Assembly (NCBI GenBank): GCA_965203485.1
Contig: OZ241892.1
Coordinates: 544,001 to 608,000 of the forward strand
DNA from: Longimicrobiales bacterium
GTDB taxonomy: Bacteria > Gemmatimonadota > Gemmatimonadetes > Longimicrobiales > Gaopeijiaceae
Direction of reading: 5' to 3'
DNA length: 64,000 nucleotides
The notes under the pieces were generated by a model that saw only the letters and a program-made list of their open reading frames with translations, made no database searches and had not been told where the DNA came from. Positions 14,710-25,878 of the stretch are shown in pieces. Position numbers and translations under genes: made by a program. The stretch's first letter is position 1; each line of letters starts with the position of its first letter.

Positions 14710-15549
14710 ATGGCGCTCAAGAAGTTCAAGCCGGTCACGCCCGGCAGTCGCTTTCGATCGGTGACCGAGAAGGAAGCCATTACGCGCTCGGAACCCGAGA
14801 GGTCTCTGGTCGAGCCCATGAAGAGATCGGGCGGGCGCAACCATCACGGGCGCGTGACCGTCCGTCGCCGGGGCGGCGGGGCCAAGCGCAGATACCGCAG
14901 GATCGACTTCCGCCGCGACAAGCACGGCGTCCCCGGCCGCATCGCGGAGATCGAGTACGACCCCAACCGCTCCGCGCTCATTGCGCTGGTCCACTACGAG
15001 GACGGCGAGAAGCGCTACGTCCTGCATGTCCGCGGCACGGCGGTCGGCGATACGGTCGTCTCGGGCTCCGGCTCCGACGTCCGGCCGGGCAACGCGTTGC
15101 CACTGGGCGAGATTCCGCTGGGCACCACCGTGCACAACGTGGAGATGAAGCCGGGCAAGGGCGGTCAGATTGCCCGCTCGGCCGGAGCCTCCGTGCAGGT
15201 CGTGGCGCGAGAGGGCGACTATGTGAGCTTGCGCATGCCGTCCACCGAAGTGCGGCGCATCCACAAGCGCTGCTTGGCCACGGTCGGCCAAGTGGGCAAC
15301 GTGGACCACAACCTCCAGTCGCTCGGCAAGGCGGGGGCCTCGCGCCACCGAGGTCGGCGCCCGAAGGTCCGTGGCGTGGCCATGAATCCCGTCGACCACC
15401 CGTTGGGCGGCGGCGAAGGCAAGGCGTCCGGGGGGCGGCCGCCCGTCACTCCCTGGGGCAAGCCCGAAGGGGCCAAGACGCGCAAGAAGAAGAAGACGTC
15501 GAACAAGTTCATCGTCCGCGGGCGCAAGCGCGGCCGGGCGACGCGATGA
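14710..15549 (+). CDS. rplB: 50S ribosomal protein L2
   Basis: [25 protein letters not shown]. Confidence 0.99.
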   Translation: MALKKFKPVTPGSRFRSVTEKEAITRSEPERSLVEPMKRSGGRNHHGRVTVRRRGGGAKRRYRRIDFRRDKHGVPGRIAEIEYDPNRSALIALVHYEDGEKRYVLHVRGTAVGDTVVSGSGSDVRPGNALPLGEIPLGTTVHNVEMKPGKGGQIARSAGASVQVVAREGDYVSLRMPSTEVRRIHKRCLATVGQVGNVDHNLQSLGKAGASRHRGRRPKVRGVAMNPVDHPLGGGEGKASGGRPPVTPWGKPEGAKTRKKKKTSNKFIVRGRKRGRATR

Positions 15550-15587
15550 CCCCCCGCGGACCGGTTCCGGAGCGAGGCTGACACGTC

Positions 15588-15872
15588 ATGCCGCGAAGCG
15601 TCAAGAAGGGTCCGTTCATCGACGAGAAGCTCCTCCGCAAGGTGGAGGCGATGGACGCGCGCAACGAACGCAGCGTGATCCGCACGTGGGCGCGCGCGAG
15701 CACGATATCGCCCGCGTTCGTCGGACACACGATCGCCGTCCACAACGGCAACAAGTTCATCCCCGTCTACGTCAGCGAGAACATGGTGGGGCACAAGCTG
15801 GGCGAGTTCGCGCCGACGCGGCTGTTTCGCGGCCACGGCGGCAAGCTGGCCGACAAGCGTTCGAGGGTGTAG
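15588..15872 (+). CDS. rpsS: 30S ribosomal protein S19
   Basis: [22 protein letters not shown]. Confidence 0.99.
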   Translation: MPRSVKKGPFIDEKLLRKVEAMDARNERSVIRTWARASTISPAFVGHTIAVHNGNKFIPVYVSENMVGHKLGEFAPTRLFRGHGGKLADKRSRV

Positions 15873-15881
15873 GGGGCCGTC

Positions 15882-16235
15882 ATGATGGCAAGCGCAACGG
15901 CAAGACACCTGAGAATGAGCCCCAGGAAGGTCCGCTTGGTCGTGGACCAGATCCGAGGCCGGCGCGTGAGCGAAGCCGTCGTCATCCTGGACTTCTCCAA
16001 GAAGGCCGCCGCGGTCCCCGTGGGCAAGACGCTCCGTTCCGCAGTGGCGAACGCGCAGGACCTGGCCGACCGCGACGGCGAATCCGTCGACGTGGACGCC
16101 CTCGTCGTGCGCCGCGCCTTCGTCGACGAGGGCCCCATGCTCAAGCGCTGGAAGGCCGCCGCGATGGGCCGCGCCGCGCCGCGCCGCCGCCGGACCAGCC
16201 ACGTCACCGTCGTGGTGGCCGAGGAAGGGGAATAG
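15882..16235 (+). CDS. rplV: 50S ribosomal protein L22
   Basis: [28 protein letters not shown]. Confidence 0.98.
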   Translation: MMASATARHLRMSPRKVRLVVDQIRGRRVSEAVVILDFSKKAAAVPVGKTLRSAVANAQDLADRDGESVDVDALVVRRAFVDEGPMLKRWKAAAMGRAAPRRRRTSHVTVVVAEEGE

Positions 16236-16239
16236 GACG

Positions 16240-16902
16240 GTGGGCCAGAAGACGCATCCCCACGGATTCCGGCTGGGCGTCGTCGCGGACTGGGACTCGC
16301 AGTGGTACGCCGAGCGCGACTTCCCGGCGCTGCTCAAGGAGGACCACACGATTCGGTCCTACGTTTGGCGAAGGTTGCACCACGCCGCCGTGGCCCGCGT
16401 CAGGATTGCGCGCAAGCCGTCGAAGATCGTGGTCACGGTTCACACGGCGCGCCCCGGCGTGGTGATCGGCAAGCGGGGCGCCGAAGTGGACAAGCTGCGC
16501 GACGAACTCGCGGTGCTCACGTCGAGCGACGTGTCGGTGAACGTGGAGGAGATCAAGCGGCCGGAACTCAACCCCCGGCTGGTTGCGGAGAACGTGGCCC
16601 ACCAGATCACGCAGCGCGTCTCGTTTCGGCGGGCCATGAAGCGCGCTGTGCAGTCGGCTATGCGCGCGGGCGCCGAGGGCATCCGCATTCAGTGCGCGGG
16701 GCGGCTCGGCGGCGCCGAGATCGCGCGCACCGAAGGCTACAACGAAGGGCGCGTGCCGCTGCACACCCTTCGGGCCGAGATCGAGTACGCGCACGTGGAC
16801 GCGCGCACGACCTACGGCGCCATCGGCGTGAAGTGCTGGATATTCAAGGGCGAAGTCATCGAAGACCGCTTCGGGCGGACGTACTCGGCCGGGCCGGCCT
16901 GA
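16240..16902 (+). CDS. rpsC: 30S ribosomal protein S3
   Basis: [35 protein letters not shown]. Confidence 0.99.
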   Translation: MGQKTHPHGFRLGVVADWDSQWYAERDFPALLKEDHTIRSYVWRRLHHAAVARVRIARKPSKIVVTVHTARPGVVIGKRGAEVDKLRDELAVLTSSDVSVNVEEIKRPELNPRLVAENVAHQITQRVSFRRAMKRAVQSAMRAGAEGIRIQCAGRLGGAEIARTEGYNEGRVPLHTLRAEIEYAHVDARTTYGAIGVKCWIFKGEVIEDRFGRTYSAGPA

Positions 16903-16921
16903 CCGAGCAGGGAGCAAGGAC

Positions 16922-17338
16922 ATGCTGTCGCCGAAACGCGTGAGACGCCGCAAGACCCACAAGGGCAAGATGCGCGGCAAGGCGTACCGCGGGAGCAAGG
17001 TGTCGTTCGGCGAGTACGGACTCCAAGCGCTCGAGGCCTCCTGGATCACGAACCGGCAGATCGAGTCCGCCCGCGTGGCGATCACGCGCCACGTGAAGAG
17101 GGGCGGCAAAGTCTGGATACGCATCTTCCCGGACAAGCCCGTCACGAAGAAGCCCGCGGAGACGCGAATGGGCAAGGGAAAGGGAAACCCGGAGGACTGG
17201 GTCGCGGTCGTGAAGCCGGGACGCGTCATGTTCGAACTCGAAGGCGTGCCGGTCGAAACGGCGCGGCGCGCGATGCGGCTCGCTTCGTTCAAGTTGCCGG
17301 TCAAGACGCGCTTCGTTGTCCGGGAGTCGCAGCTCTAG
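16922..17338 (+). CDS. rplP: 50S ribosomal protein L16
   Basis: [24 protein letters not shown]. Confidence 0.99.
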   Translation: MLSPKRVRRRKTHKGKMRGKAYRGSKVSFGEYGLQALEASWITNRQIESARVAITRHVKRGGKVWIRIFPDKPVTKKPAETRMGKGKGNPEDWVAVVKPGRVMFELEGVPVETARRAMRLASFKLPVKTRFVVRESQL

Positions 17339-17372
17339 CGGGCCGCGCCTCGGAAGACAGAGAGAAGACGAG

Positions 17373-17585
17373 ATGAAGGCAGAAGAGATTCGCGAGCTGG
17401 GCGACGCCGAACTCGCGCACGAGCTGGCGGACCGGAAGCTGGAGCTCTTCAGGCTTCGTTTCCGCCGGGCTACCATGGAGCTGGAGAACCCGAAGCTCCC
17501 AGGGCGGATCCGGCGCGACATCGCCCGCATCAAGACGATCCTGCACGAGCGCCGGCTCGGGCGCGAAGACGGCGGGTCCCGGTGA
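17373..17585 (+). CDS. rpmC: 50S ribosomal protein L29
   Basis: [25 protein letters not shown]. Confidence 0.96.
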   Translation: MKAEEIRELGDAELAHELADRKLELFRLRFRRATMELENPKLPGRIRRDIARIKTILHERRLGREDGGSR

Positions 17586-17872
17586 CGCGAGCCCACGAAA
17601 CGGGCACGCCGTCGCCCGCGGTCCGCGCCAGGCGCAAGCTGCGCACGGGCAAGGTCGTCGCCGACGGCGCCGACAAGACCGTGACGGTGATGGTCTCGCG
17701 CCGTTTCGCGCATCCGCTGTACGGAAAGCAGGTCACGCGCTCCAAGAAATACCATGCCCACGACGAGGCCAACGAGTACCAGGTCGGCGACACGGTGCGG
17801 ATCATGGAGACCCGCCCGTTGTCCAAGACCAAGCGGTGGCGCGTCGTGGAACTGCTCGACCGGCCCGCCTGA
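17582..17872 (+). CDS. rpsQ: 30S ribosomal protein S17
   Basis: [17 protein letters not shown]. Confidence 0.98.
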   Translation: MTRAHETGTPSPAVRARRKLRTGKVVADGADKTVTVMVSRRFAHPLYGKQVTRSKKYHAHDEANEYQVGDTVRIMETRPLSKTKRWRVVELLDRPA

Positions 17873-17903
17873 CGAGCCGGCGTGAAGAGACTGGGTACGT
17901 TCG

Positions 17904-18272
17904 ATGATTCAACAGGAATCGATGCTCAAGATCGCCGACAACACGGGCGCGAAGCGGGCCTTGTGCATTCGCGTGCTGGGCGGCTCCGGGCGACGCTACG
18001 CGCGCATCGGGGACCGGGTGATCGTGACGATCAAGGACGCCGTGCCCAACGCTTCGGTGAAGAAGGGCGAAGTGACCGAGGCGGTCGTGGTCCGCACGGC
18101 CAAGGAGACGTCCCGCCGGGACGGCACCTACATCTGCTTTGACGACAATGCGGCCGTTCTCATCAACGCTCAGAAGGAGCCGCGCGGCACCCGCATCTTC
18201 GGGCCCGTCGGACGCGAGCTGCGCCAGAAGCGCTACATGAGGATCGTGTCGCTCGCGCCGGAGGTGCTCTGA
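17904..18272 (+). CDS. rplN: 50S ribosomal protein L14
   Basis: [27 protein letters not shown]. Confidence 0.99.
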   Translation: MIQQESMLKIADNTGAKRALCIRVLGGSGRRYARIGDRVIVTIKDAVPNASVKKGEVTEAVVVRTAKETSRRDGTYICFDDNAAVLINAQKEPRGTRIFGPVGRELRQKRYMRIVSLAPEVL

Positions 18273-18275
18273 GGG

Positions 18276-18623
18276 ATGGCGGCGCCGAAGATGAGGATCA
18301 TGAAGGGCGACCGGGTCAAGGTGATCCGGGGCAACCACCGCGAGGCCGAGGGCACGGTGCTTCGCGTTCTGCCGAGGTCGAACCGCGTGGTGGTGCAGGG
18401 CGTCAACATGCGCAAGCGGCACACGCGGCCGTCGCAGGCCAATCCCGAGGGCGGCGTCGTCACCTTCGAGGCGCCGATCCACGCGTCCAACGTCATGCTC
18501 CTCGACGGCGCGGCGGGCGGCGCGAGCCGCGTGCGCATGGACGTGCCCCGGGAAGGCGGCAAGGAACGGATCGCCGTGAAGAGCGGCAACCCGGTTCCCA
18601 AGCCGGAACGGCCGGGCGGCTAG
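18276..18623 (+). CDS. rplX: 50S ribosomal protein L24
   Basis: KGDRVKVIRG (KOW motif), EAPIHASNV. Confidence 0.98.
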   Translation: MAAPKMRIMKGDRVKVIRGNHREAEGTVLRVLPRSNRVVVQGVNMRKRHTRPSQANPEGGVVTFEAPIHASNVMLLDGAAGGASRVRMDVPREGGKERIAVKSGNPVPKPERPGG

Positions 18624-18647
18624 GCGCCGCCGAAGGGAAGCCGGACG

Positions 18648-19220
18648 ATGGAGCCACGACTCTTGACCCACTACCGCGAGATCGCCCGCCCGGCGCTCCA
18701 GGAGCGGTTCGGCTTTTCGAATCCGCACCAGGTGCCCAGTGTGGTGAAGGTGACGCTGAACGTGGGCGTGGGCGAGGCCAGCCGCGACCGCAAGTTGGTC
18801 GATTCGGTCGCCGGCGAGCTGGCCGCGATCACGGGCCAGAAGGCGGTCGTCACGCGGGCCCGCAAGTCCATCGCCAACTTCAAGTTGCGCGAAGGCATGC
18901 CCGTGGGCGCGTCCGTGACGTTGCGCCGCCGCCGGATGTGGGAGTTCCTCGACAGGCTCGTCTCGGTGGCCACGCCGCGCATCCGCGACTTTCGCGGTCT
19001 CAACAGCCGCTCGTTCGACGGACGGGGCAACTACACGATGGGCATCCGCGAGCAGATCATCTTTCCCGAGGTCGACTACGACAGGGTCAGCCGCATCCAC
19101 GGCATGGACGTGTCGGTGGTCACCTCGACGAACAAGGACGACCAAGCGTATGCGCTGCTGCAACAGCTCGGGTTCCCCTTCCGGGGCCAGACGCCCGTGA
19201 TCATCGGAGCGAAGGCGTGA
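18648..19220 (+). CDS. rplE: 50S ribosomal protein L5
   Basis: [26 protein letters not shown]. Confidence 0.99.
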   Translation: MEPRLLTHYREIARPALQERFGFSNPHQVPSVVKVTLNVGVGEASRDRKLVDSVAGELAAITGQKAVVTRARKSIANFKLREGMPVGASVTLRRRRMWEFLDRLVSVATPRIRDFRGLNSRSFDGRGNYTMGIREQIIFPEVDYDRVSRIHGMDVSVVTSTNKDDQAYALLQQLGFPFRGQTPVIIGAKA

Positions 19221-19284
19221 CGCGCGCCCCGGCCCGGGGCCAACAGGAGGCGTCTTCCAGCGCCCAGGAGGATCCCAACCAATC

Positions 19285-19677
19285 ATGATGACCGATCCCG
19301 TGGCGGACATGCTGACGCGCATCCGCAACGCCGGCACGGCCGGCCTCAAGTGGGCCGACGTCCCCCTCTCGAAGCTCAAGGTCGAAGTGGCCCGCCTGCT
19401 CAAGGAGAACGCGTTCGTCTACGACTACAAGGTCCTCAACGACGGACGTCACGGACTGTTGCGCGTCTATCTCAAGTACCACGAAGGGAGCCCCGTCATC
19501 CGCCGCATCGAGAGGGTCTCCAAGCCGGGGCGCCGGCGGTACGTGGGCGTGGACGAGATACCCAGAATACGCAATGGACTCGGGATCGCGATCCTGTCCA
19601 CGTCGCGGGGACTGCTGTCCGACCGCGCGGCGCGGGCCGCCCGGACGGGCGGCGAGGTCCTCGCGGTGGTCTGGTAG
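19285..19677 (+). CDS. rpsH: 30S ribosomal protein S8
   Basis: DPVADMLTRIRNA, SKPGRRRY, GIAILSTSRG. Confidence 0.99.
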   Translation: MMTDPVADMLTRIRNAGTAGLKWADVPLSKLKVEVARLLKENAFVYDYKVLNDGRHGLLRVYLKYHEGSPVIRRIERVSKPGRRRYVGVDEIPRIRNGLGIAILSTSRGLLSDRAARAARTGGEVLAVVW

Positions 19678-19686
19678 AGGAGAACG

Positions 19687-20244
19687 ATGTCGCGCATTGG
19701 CAAGATGCCGGTCCGGGTGCCGGCCGGCGTCGAAGTGAAGCTCGACGGGCAGCGGTTGGCGGCCAAGGGTCCGAAGGGCGAACTCGAGCTGGAGGTGGCG
19801 TCTCCCATCGCGGTGACGTGGCGCGAGGCGGAGGGGACGGCCGAGAAGGCGCTGGTTGTTACGCGGGAGTCGGACGACAAGAAGCACCGGGCGCTTCACG
19901 GCCTGACGCGCTCCTTGGTGGCCAACGTCATCCAGGGCGTCGGCGAGGGCTTCGCGAAGACCCTGGAAATCGTCGGCGTCGGGTACCGGGCGGAGGCCAA
20001 GGGCGGCGAACTCCACCTGAGGCTCGGCTTTTCTCACCCGATCGACTATTCGGCCCCGAAGGGAATCGTCTTCGAGACCCCGAATCCGACGACGATTGTC
20101 GTAAAGGGGCCGGACAAGCAGCAGGTTGGCCACGTCGCCGCCGTCATTCGTGCCTTTCGCCCCCCGGAGCCCTACAAGGGCAAGGGCGTTCGGTACCGTG
20201 GAGAACAGGTCCGGCGCAAGGCCGGCAAGACCGCCGGGACGTGA
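19687..20244 (+). CDS. rplF: 50S ribosomal protein L6
   Basis: [20 protein letters not shown]. Confidence 0.99.
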   Translation: MSRIGKMPVRVPAGVEVKLDGQRLAAKGPKGELELEVASPIAVTWREAEGTAEKALVVTRESDDKKHRALHGLTRSLVANVIQGVGEGFAKTLEIVGVGYRAEAKGGELHLRLGFSHPIDYSAPKGIVFETPNPTTIVVKGPDKQQVGHVAAVIRAFRPPEPYKGKGVRYRGEQVRRKAGKTAGT

Positions 20245-20281
20245 CGACGAGACCGCGTTCGGGCCTAGGGACCGACTGGCA

Positions 20282-20671
20282 ATGATCAAGCAGAGCAAGC
20301 TCAGGAAGAACCGCAAGCTTCAGCGGGGCAGGCGCCACGCGCGCATCCGCAAGAGGGTGCACGGAACCCGAAGCCGGCCGCGGCTGGTGGTGTTCCGGTC
20401 GTTGCGCCACATCGAGGGCCAAGTGGTCGACGACGACGCGCAACGCACGCTGGTCGGCCTGTCCACGCTGGCGCCCGAGTTGCGGGACTTCAAGGCCGGC
20501 GAGGGCGAGCGGCGCAAGGTCGAGGCGGCTCGGGCGGCGGGCAAGCTCCTCGCCCAGAAGGCTCGGGAGCGTGGCGTCGAGACGGTCGTCTTCGACCGCG
20601 GCGGCTTCAAGTACCACGGTCGCGTCAAGGCGTTTGCCGAGGGTGCGCGCGAAGGGGGGCTGGCGTTCTGA
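20282..20671 (+). CDS. rplR: 50S ribosomal protein L18
   Basis: [23 protein letters not shown]. Confidence 0.98.
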   Translation: MIKQSKLRKNRKLQRGRRHARIRKRVHGTRSRPRLVVFRSLRHIEGQVVDDDAQRTLVGLSTLAPELRDFKAGEGERRKVEAARAAGKLLAQKARERGVETVVFDRGGFKYHGRVKAFAEGAREGGLAF

Positions 20672-21192
20672 TGGCCAGGGACAACTCGCCGCCGCGAGAG
20701 AACTCCGAGCAGGTCGAGAACGTGATCTACGTGAACCGCGTGGCGAAGGTCGTGAAGGGCGGCCGCCGGTTCTCCTTCAGCGCCCTGGTGGCCGCGGGCG
20801 ACAAGGCGGGCCGGGTCGGCATCGCGCAGGCGAAGGCCAACGAGGTGGCCGAGGCGATTCGCAAGGCGTTCGAGCATGCCCGCCGCAACATGGTGGACGT
20901 GCCCGTGGTCAACGGAACGTTGCCGCACGAGATCATCGGCCGGTGCGGAGCAGGCCGCGTTCTGATGCGGCCGGCGGCTCCGGGAACGGGAGTCATTGCG
21001 GGCGGGCCGGTGCGCGCGGTGCTCGAGGCCGCCGGCGTGACCGACGTGCTCACCAAGAGCTTGGGCACCAACAACCCCGTCAACGTTGCGCGGGCAACCT
21101 TCGACGGCTTGGAGAACTTGGTGACGGCGTACGAGGTTGCCGCCGAGCGCGGCGCGACGCTCGAGCAGCTGGGGCTTGCCGGCCATGGCTAA
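20671..21192 (+). CDS. rpsE: 30S ribosomal protein S5
   Basis: [26 protein letters not shown]. Confidence 0.99.
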   Translation: MARDNSPPRENSEQVENVIYVNRVAKVVKGGRRFSFSALVAAGDKAGRVGIAQAKANEVAEAIRKAFEHARRNMVDVPVVNGTLPHEIIGRCGAGRVLMRPAAPGTGVIAGGPVRAVLEAAGVTDVLTKSLGTNNPVNVARATFDGLENLVTAYEVAAERGATLEQLGLAGHG

Positions 21193-21376
21193 GCGGTTGC
21201 GCATTACCCAGGTGCGCAGCGCCGTCGGCCGCCAAAAGGCGCAACGGCGCGTGTTGCGCGCTTTGGGCATCAAGGGACACCAGAAGGCCGTGGTCCAGGA
21301 CGACACGCCGGCGATCCGCGGCATGATCGCGAAGGTCGACTATCTGGTCGAGGTGACGGAGGCGGAACAGGCATGA
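21185..21376 (+). CDS. rpmD: 50S ribosomal protein L30
   Basis: [17 protein letters not shown]. Confidence 0.96.
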   Translation: MAKRLRITQVRSAVGRQKAQRRVLRALGIKGHQKAVVQDDTPAIRGMIAKVDYLVEVTEAEQA

Positions 21377-21855
21377 TCGGATTGGACAATCTCGGACCGC
21401 CCGCAGGGTCGCGGCGCAACCGCAAGCGCGTGGGCCGCGGGCCGGGGTCGGGGAAGGGAAAGACGTCCGGACGGGGCGAAAAGGGGCAGAACTCGCGTTC
21501 CGGGGGCGGGGTGCCGGCGTGGTTCGAGGGCGGCCAGATGCCGTTGCAGCGCCGCATCCCGAAACGCGGGTTCACCAACCGCAACCGGACCGAGTACCAA
21601 GTCGTCAACGTCGGCGATCTGGGCAGGGTCGAAGGCGAAGCGACGCCGGAGTCGCTTCGCGGTGCGGGGCTGATCCGCTCCCTGCGCAGGCCGGTCAAGC
21701 TCCTGGCCGGGGGCGACGCCCCCGCCGGTGCGCGTTGCCGCGTGCATTGGGCGAGCGCGGCCGCCCGCCGCAAGATCGAGGAAGCCGGCGGCTCCGTGGA
21801 GATCATGGGTCCAAGGGCCGGTCAAGCGCCCGCCGCCGAAGACGCAGCGGGATGA
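21373..21855 (+). CDS. rplO: 50S ribosomal protein L15
   Basis: [32 protein letters not shown]. Confidence 0.98.
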   Translation: MIGLDNLGPPAGSRRNRKRVGRGPGSGKGKTSGRGEKGQNSRSGGGVPAWFEGGQMPLQRRIPKRGFTNRNRTEYQVVNVGDLGRVEGEATPESLRGAGLIRSLRRPVKLLAGGDAPAGARCRVHWASAAARRKIEEAGGSVEIMGPRAGQAPAAEDAAG

Positions 21856-21919
21856 CGCGGAAGGCCCCGGGTTCACGCCCCGGTCCCCCCCCGCGACCGG
21901 TAGCTGGAGACGCAGCCTG

Positions 21920-23233
21920 ATGGCCAACCCGATCCCGAACCTCTTCCGGGCTCCGGAGCTGAAGAAGAAGATCCTCTTCACGCTCTTCATCATGTTCGTG
22001 TACCGCCTGGGGTCGCACATCACGGTGCCGGGCCTCGACGTGGTTGCCCTGCAGCAGCAGTTCCAGCAAGTCGCCGAGACCTTTCTGGGGGTCTTCGACA
22101 TGTTTGTGGGCGGCGGCCTGAGCCGTGCCACGATTCTGGCATTGGGCATCATGCCCTACATCTCGGCGAGCATCATGTTTCAGCTGCTCGCCGCCGTCGT
22201 GCCCAAGGTCGAGAAGCTGCAGAAGGAAGGCGAAGAGGGCCGCAAGAAGCTCACGCAGTGGACGCGCTACACGACGGTGCTGCTGTGCGTCGTCCAGTCG
22301 TACGCGTACGCGTCGTTCCTGCAGGGCCTCGCGGGAGCTGTCCGCGATCCGGGCGCGGGCTTCGTGCTCACCACCGTGATCGTGCTGACGGTCGGCGGCA
22401 TCTTCGTGATGTGGCTGGGCGAGCAGATCACCGAGCGGGGCATCGGCAACGGCATGTCGCTGCTCATCTTCTTTTCGATCATCCAGGGCTTCCCGCAAGC
22501 CGCGGCCAACGTGTGGGAGTCCGTGCGCTTGGACGAGATCGGCGTTGTGGAAGTCGTCGCGCTGCTGGGCATCGTCGTGGGAATCACGGCAGGAGTCGTG
22601 GCCATGACGATGGCGGCCCGAAAGATCCCGATTCAGATCCCCCGCAAGGTGGTGGGCCGCGGGCGCATCCAAGAGGGCCAGAAGAGCTTCATCCCGTTGC
22701 GCGTGAACTCCGCCGGGGTCATGCCGATCATCTTTGCGCAGTCCTTCATCGTCGTCCCGGGCACGATCGCCGCCTTCAGCTCGATCCCGCTGGTCCAGGA
22801 CGTGGCCGACGTCTTTCAGCCCGGCAATTGGGCATACTACCTGACCTACGGCTTCCTCATCGTCTTCTTCACGTACTTCTACACCGCCATCATCTTCAAC
22901 CCGGCGGACTTGGCCGAGAACCTGAAGAAGCAGGGGGCGTTCATTCCCGGCGTCAAGCCTGGAGCGCGCACCGCCGAATACATCGATCGCGTGCTCACCC
23001 GCGTCACTCTTCCCGGCTCTCTCTACCTGGCTCTCATCGCGTTGCTCCCCTACTGGATCTTGGACGTGTTCAACGTTCCGACCTTCTTCTTCGGGGGCAC
23101 CAGCCTGCTGATCGTGGTGGGCGTGGGTCTCGATACCGTCCAGCAGGCCCAGCAGCACCTTCTGTTGCGCCACTACGACGGCTTCATGAAGAAGGGCCGC
23201 GTCAAGATGCGCGGCCGCCAGAGGTACATGTAG
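21920..23233 (+). CDS. secY: Preprotein translocase subunit SecY
   Basis: LGIMPYISASI, WLGEQITERGIGNG, GVMPIIFA, IPGVKPG. Confidence 0.99.
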   Translation: MANPIPNLFRAPELKKKILFTLFIMFVYRLGSHITVPGLDVVALQQQFQQVAETFLGVFDMFVGGGLSRATILALGIMPYISASIMFQLLAAVVPKVEKLQKEGEEGRKKLTQWTRYTTVLLCVVQSYAYASFLQGLAGAVRDPGAGFVLTTVIVLTVGGIFVMWLGEQITERGIGNGMSLLIFFSIIQGFPQAAANVWESVRLDEIGVVEVVALLGIVVGITAGVVAMTMAARKIPIQIPRKVVGRGRIQEGQKSFIPLRVNSAGVMPIIFAQSFIVVPGTIAAFSSIPLVQDVADVFQPGNWAYYLTYGFLIVFFTYFYTAIIFNPADLAENLKKQGAFIPGVKPGARTAEYIDRVLTRVTLPGSLYLALIALLPYWILDVFNVPTFFFGGTSLLIVVGVGLDTVQQAQQHLLLRHYDGFMKKGRVKMRGRQRYM

Positions 23234-23243
23234 GGGCGGCATC

Positions 23244-23912
23244 GTGGATCCGCATTCCAACGAACCCGGCGCCGTCGTCGTCTTCCTCGGATCCCCGGGC
23301 GCGGGAAAGGGCACGCAGGGCGCCCGCTTGCGAGACGATCTCGGCTGGGCGCACGTCTCCACGGGCGACCTGCTGCGCGCCGTGCGCGCAGCAGGCACGC
23401 CGCTTGGCCAGGAGGCGCAAGCGTACATGGACTCGGGCCGCCTGGTCCCCGACGACCTCATGGTCGCGTTGCTGGGCGAGCGGCTGGCCGCGATGCCGCG
23501 CGGCCAGGGCCTGATCCTGGACGGCTTCCCCCGCACGGAGGCCCAGGCCGCCGCCCTCGACGAGGTCCTCGCAAGAGTCGGCCGCCGCGTGAGCCGAGTG
23601 GTGCTGCTGGACGCGCCCGAATCCGTTCTGGTCGAGCGGATCTCGGGCCGCCGCCTGTCGCCCAGCGGGCGCGTCTACAACGTTCACTCCGATCCGCCGC
23701 GCCGCGAGGGCTTCTGCGACGATACGGGCGAGCCCCTCGTGCACCGCGCCGACGACCACCCCGAGGCCGTGCGAACGCGCTTGGCCGTCTACCGCGAAGC
23801 GACCGCCCCGCTCGTCGCCCACTACGACCGCCGCCGGTTGCTGGCGCGCGTCGACGGGCAGACCGGCATGGACGAGGTTCACCGCGCTCTCATGGCCGCC
23901 GTGGCCGCCTAG
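23244..23912 (+). CDS. adk: Adenylate kinase
   Basis: GSPGAGKGTQ, HVSTGDLLR, LDGFPRT. Confidence 0.98.
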   Translation: MDPHSNEPGAVVVFLGSPGAGKGTQGARLRDDLGWAHVSTGDLLRAVRAAGTPLGQEAQAYMDSGRLVPDDLMVALLGERLAAMPRGQGLILDGFPRTEAQAAALDEVLARVGRRVSRVVLLDAPESVLVERISGRRLSPSGRVYNVHSDPPRREGFCDDTGEPLVHRADDHPEAVRTRLAVYREATAPLVAHYDRRRLLARVDGQTGMDEVHRALMAAVAA

Positions 23913-23915
23913 GCG

Positions 23916-24893
23916 ATGGCCGGCGAATTCACGACCAAGTCTCCGGCGCAGATCGCCGCGATGGAGACCGCGGGGCGCGTCATCGGCGCCCTGTTCGCCG
24001 AGATCGAGGCGATCGTTCTGCCTGGAGCCACCACGGCCGCGCTCGACGGGTTCGTCGACGATTTCGTGCGTTCTCACGAGGGCGCCGTGCCCGCCTTCAA
24101 GGGGCTCTACGGCTTTCCCGGCAGCGCGTGCATCAGCGTCAACTCCGAGATCGTGCACGGCATTCCCGGCGCGCGGGCCTTGCGCTCCGGCGACATCGTG
24201 TCGATCGACGTGGGCGTGCGGCTTGACGGATGGTGTGCCGACTCGGCCTTCACGTACCCCGTGGGCGAGATCGGCCCGGATGCCGTCCAGTTGCTCGGCG
24301 TGACGCGCGCAGCCCTGGACGCGGCGGTGGCGGCGGCCTGTTCGGGCGCCCGCGTGGGCGACGTGGGCGCCGCCGTCGAAGCGGCCGTCGCCGGGAGCGG
24401 GATGGAGATCGCGCGCGACCTGGTGGGCCACGGCATCGGGCGGGCGGTGCACGAGGACCCCCAGGTGCCCAACCACGGGCGGCCCGGCACGGGGCCGCTC
24501 CTGCGCGCGGGCGCCACGCTGGCGATCGAGCCGATGGTGGCGCTGGGGAGCGGCCGCATCCGCACGCTCGCCGACGGGTGGACGACCGCCACCGCCGACG
24601 GCTCGCTCTCGGCGCACTTCGAGCACACGGTCGCGGTTGCCGGCGACGGGCCCCGCGTGCTTACGGGCGGCGGCATCTGGGCTACGGCGGCGGCGCTGGG
24701 CGGAGCGGATGCCGGCGGGGCGACCGAGCGAGCGCGCCCCGGCTTGACCCCGTTGAACGAGGACGCCCGGGCCGTCGCGGTCGCGTCCCGGCAGGAGTCC
24801 GCCAGAGTCGGCGTCCCCGGCCTCTACCGCAACGGCGTCGCGAGGGCTACCTTAAGTGGCTGTCCATTGAACTGGGGAGAGGAAGCCGTATGA
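23916..24893 (+). CDS. map: Methionine aminopeptidase type I with C-terminal extension
   Basis: [33 protein letters not shown]. Confidence 0.96.
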   Translation: MAGEFTTKSPAQIAAMETAGRVIGALFAEIEAIVLPGATTAALDGFVDDFVRSHEGAVPAFKGLYGFPGSACISVNSEIVHGIPGARALRSGDIVSIDVGVRLDGWCADSAFTYPVGEIGPDAVQLLGVTRAALDAAVAAACSGARVGDVGAAVEAAVAGSGMEIARDLVGHGIGRAVHEDPQVPNHGRPGTGPLLRAGATLAIEPMVALGSGRIRTLADGWTTATADGSLSAHFEHTVAVAGDGPRVLTGGGIWATAAALGGADAGGATERARPGLTPLNEDARAVAVASRQESARVGVPGLYRNGVARATLSGCPLNWGEEAV

Positions 24894-25006
24894 AGGTGCG
24901 GACCAGCGTGAAGCCCATGTGCGAATATTGTCGCGTCGTGCGCCGCAAGGGCGTCGTGCGCGTCATCTGCAGCAGGAACCCGCGCCACAAGCAGCGCCAG
25001 GGCTGA
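24890..25006 (+). CDS. rpmJ: 50S ribosomal protein L36 (Zn-ribbon, C+ type)
   Basis: [14 protein letters not shown]...C...HKQRQG. Confidence 0.98.
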   Translation: MKVRTSVKPMCEYCRVVRRKGVVRVICSRNPRHKQRQG

Positions 25007-25022
25007 CGGGGAGCGAAGCGAA

Positions 25023-25403
25023 GTGGCGCGGATAGCCGGCGTGGACCTGCCGAGGGCCAAACGCATCGAAGTGGCGCTCACCTACGTGTACGGCGTCGGC
25101 CGGACGAGGGCCCGCCGCATTCTGGAGGCTACCGGAATCGACCCCGATCTGCGAACGCACGAGCTGAGCGACGAGGACGCCAGCGTGCTCCGTCGCGAGA
25201 TTGAGCAGTACCACAAAGTGGAGGGCGCGTTGCGCACCGAGATCTCCATGAACATCAAGCGGCTCATGGACATCGGTTGCTACCGAGGTCTGCGTCACCG
25301 GCGCGGGTTGCCAGTGCGCGGGCAGCGGACGCACACCAATGCGCGCACGAAGAAGGGCCCGCGCCGGGCCATCGCCGGCAAGAAGAAGGCGCCGAAGAAG
25401 TAG
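25023..25403 (+). CDS. rpsM: 30S ribosomal protein S13
   Basis: [18 protein letters not shown]. Confidence 0.99.
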   Translation: MARIAGVDLPRAKRIEVALTYVYGVGRTRARRILEATGIDPDLRTHELSDEDASVLRREIEQYHKVEGALRTEISMNIKRLMDIGCYRGLRHRRGLPVRGQRTHTNARTKKGPRRAIAGKKKAPKK

Positions 25404-25469
25404 CCCCAGCGCCGGACCCGCGAGCACTAACGCCAAGGCGGGCGTTGCCCCGCAAGGACGAGCGACAAG

Positions 25470-25862
25470 TTGGCCAAGCCAAAAACGACGCGATCCAAGA
25501 AGTCCAGGAAGGTCGTGGAATCCGAAGGCGTCGCCCACATCAAGGCGACGTTCAACAACACGCTGATCACGATCGCCGACAACGTCGGCAACGTCCTGGT
25601 GTGGGCGTCCGCCGGCACTGCGGGCTTCAAGGGGTCCAAGAAGTCGACGCCGTTCGCGGCGACGATGGCAGCCGAGAAGGCGGGCCGGGACGCCGTCGCA
25701 CTGGGCGTGCGCAGCGTCGTCGTGCGGGTTCGCGGGCCGGGATCGGGCCGCGAGTCCGCCATTCAGGCGATCGCCGCCGCCGGGCTCGAGGTCAAGTCGA
25801 TACACGACGTGACGCCGTTGCCGCACAACGGTTGCCGCCCGCCCAAGAAGCGCCGCGTCTGA
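25470..25862 (+). CDS. rpsK: 30S ribosomal protein S11
   Basis: [25 protein letters not shown] start. Confidence 0.99.
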   Translation: MAKPKTTRSKKSRKVVESEGVAHIKATFNNTLITIADNVGNVLVWASAGTAGFKGSKKSTPFAATMAAEKAGRDAVALGVRSVVVRVRGPGSGRESAIQAIAAAGLEVKSIHDVTPLPHNGCRPPKKRRV

Positions 25863-25878
25863 CGGAGGACCCGGAACC

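Noticed and set aside
24670..24890. Possible infA remnant
   Set aside because: Similar length, but no IF-1 motifs in any frame
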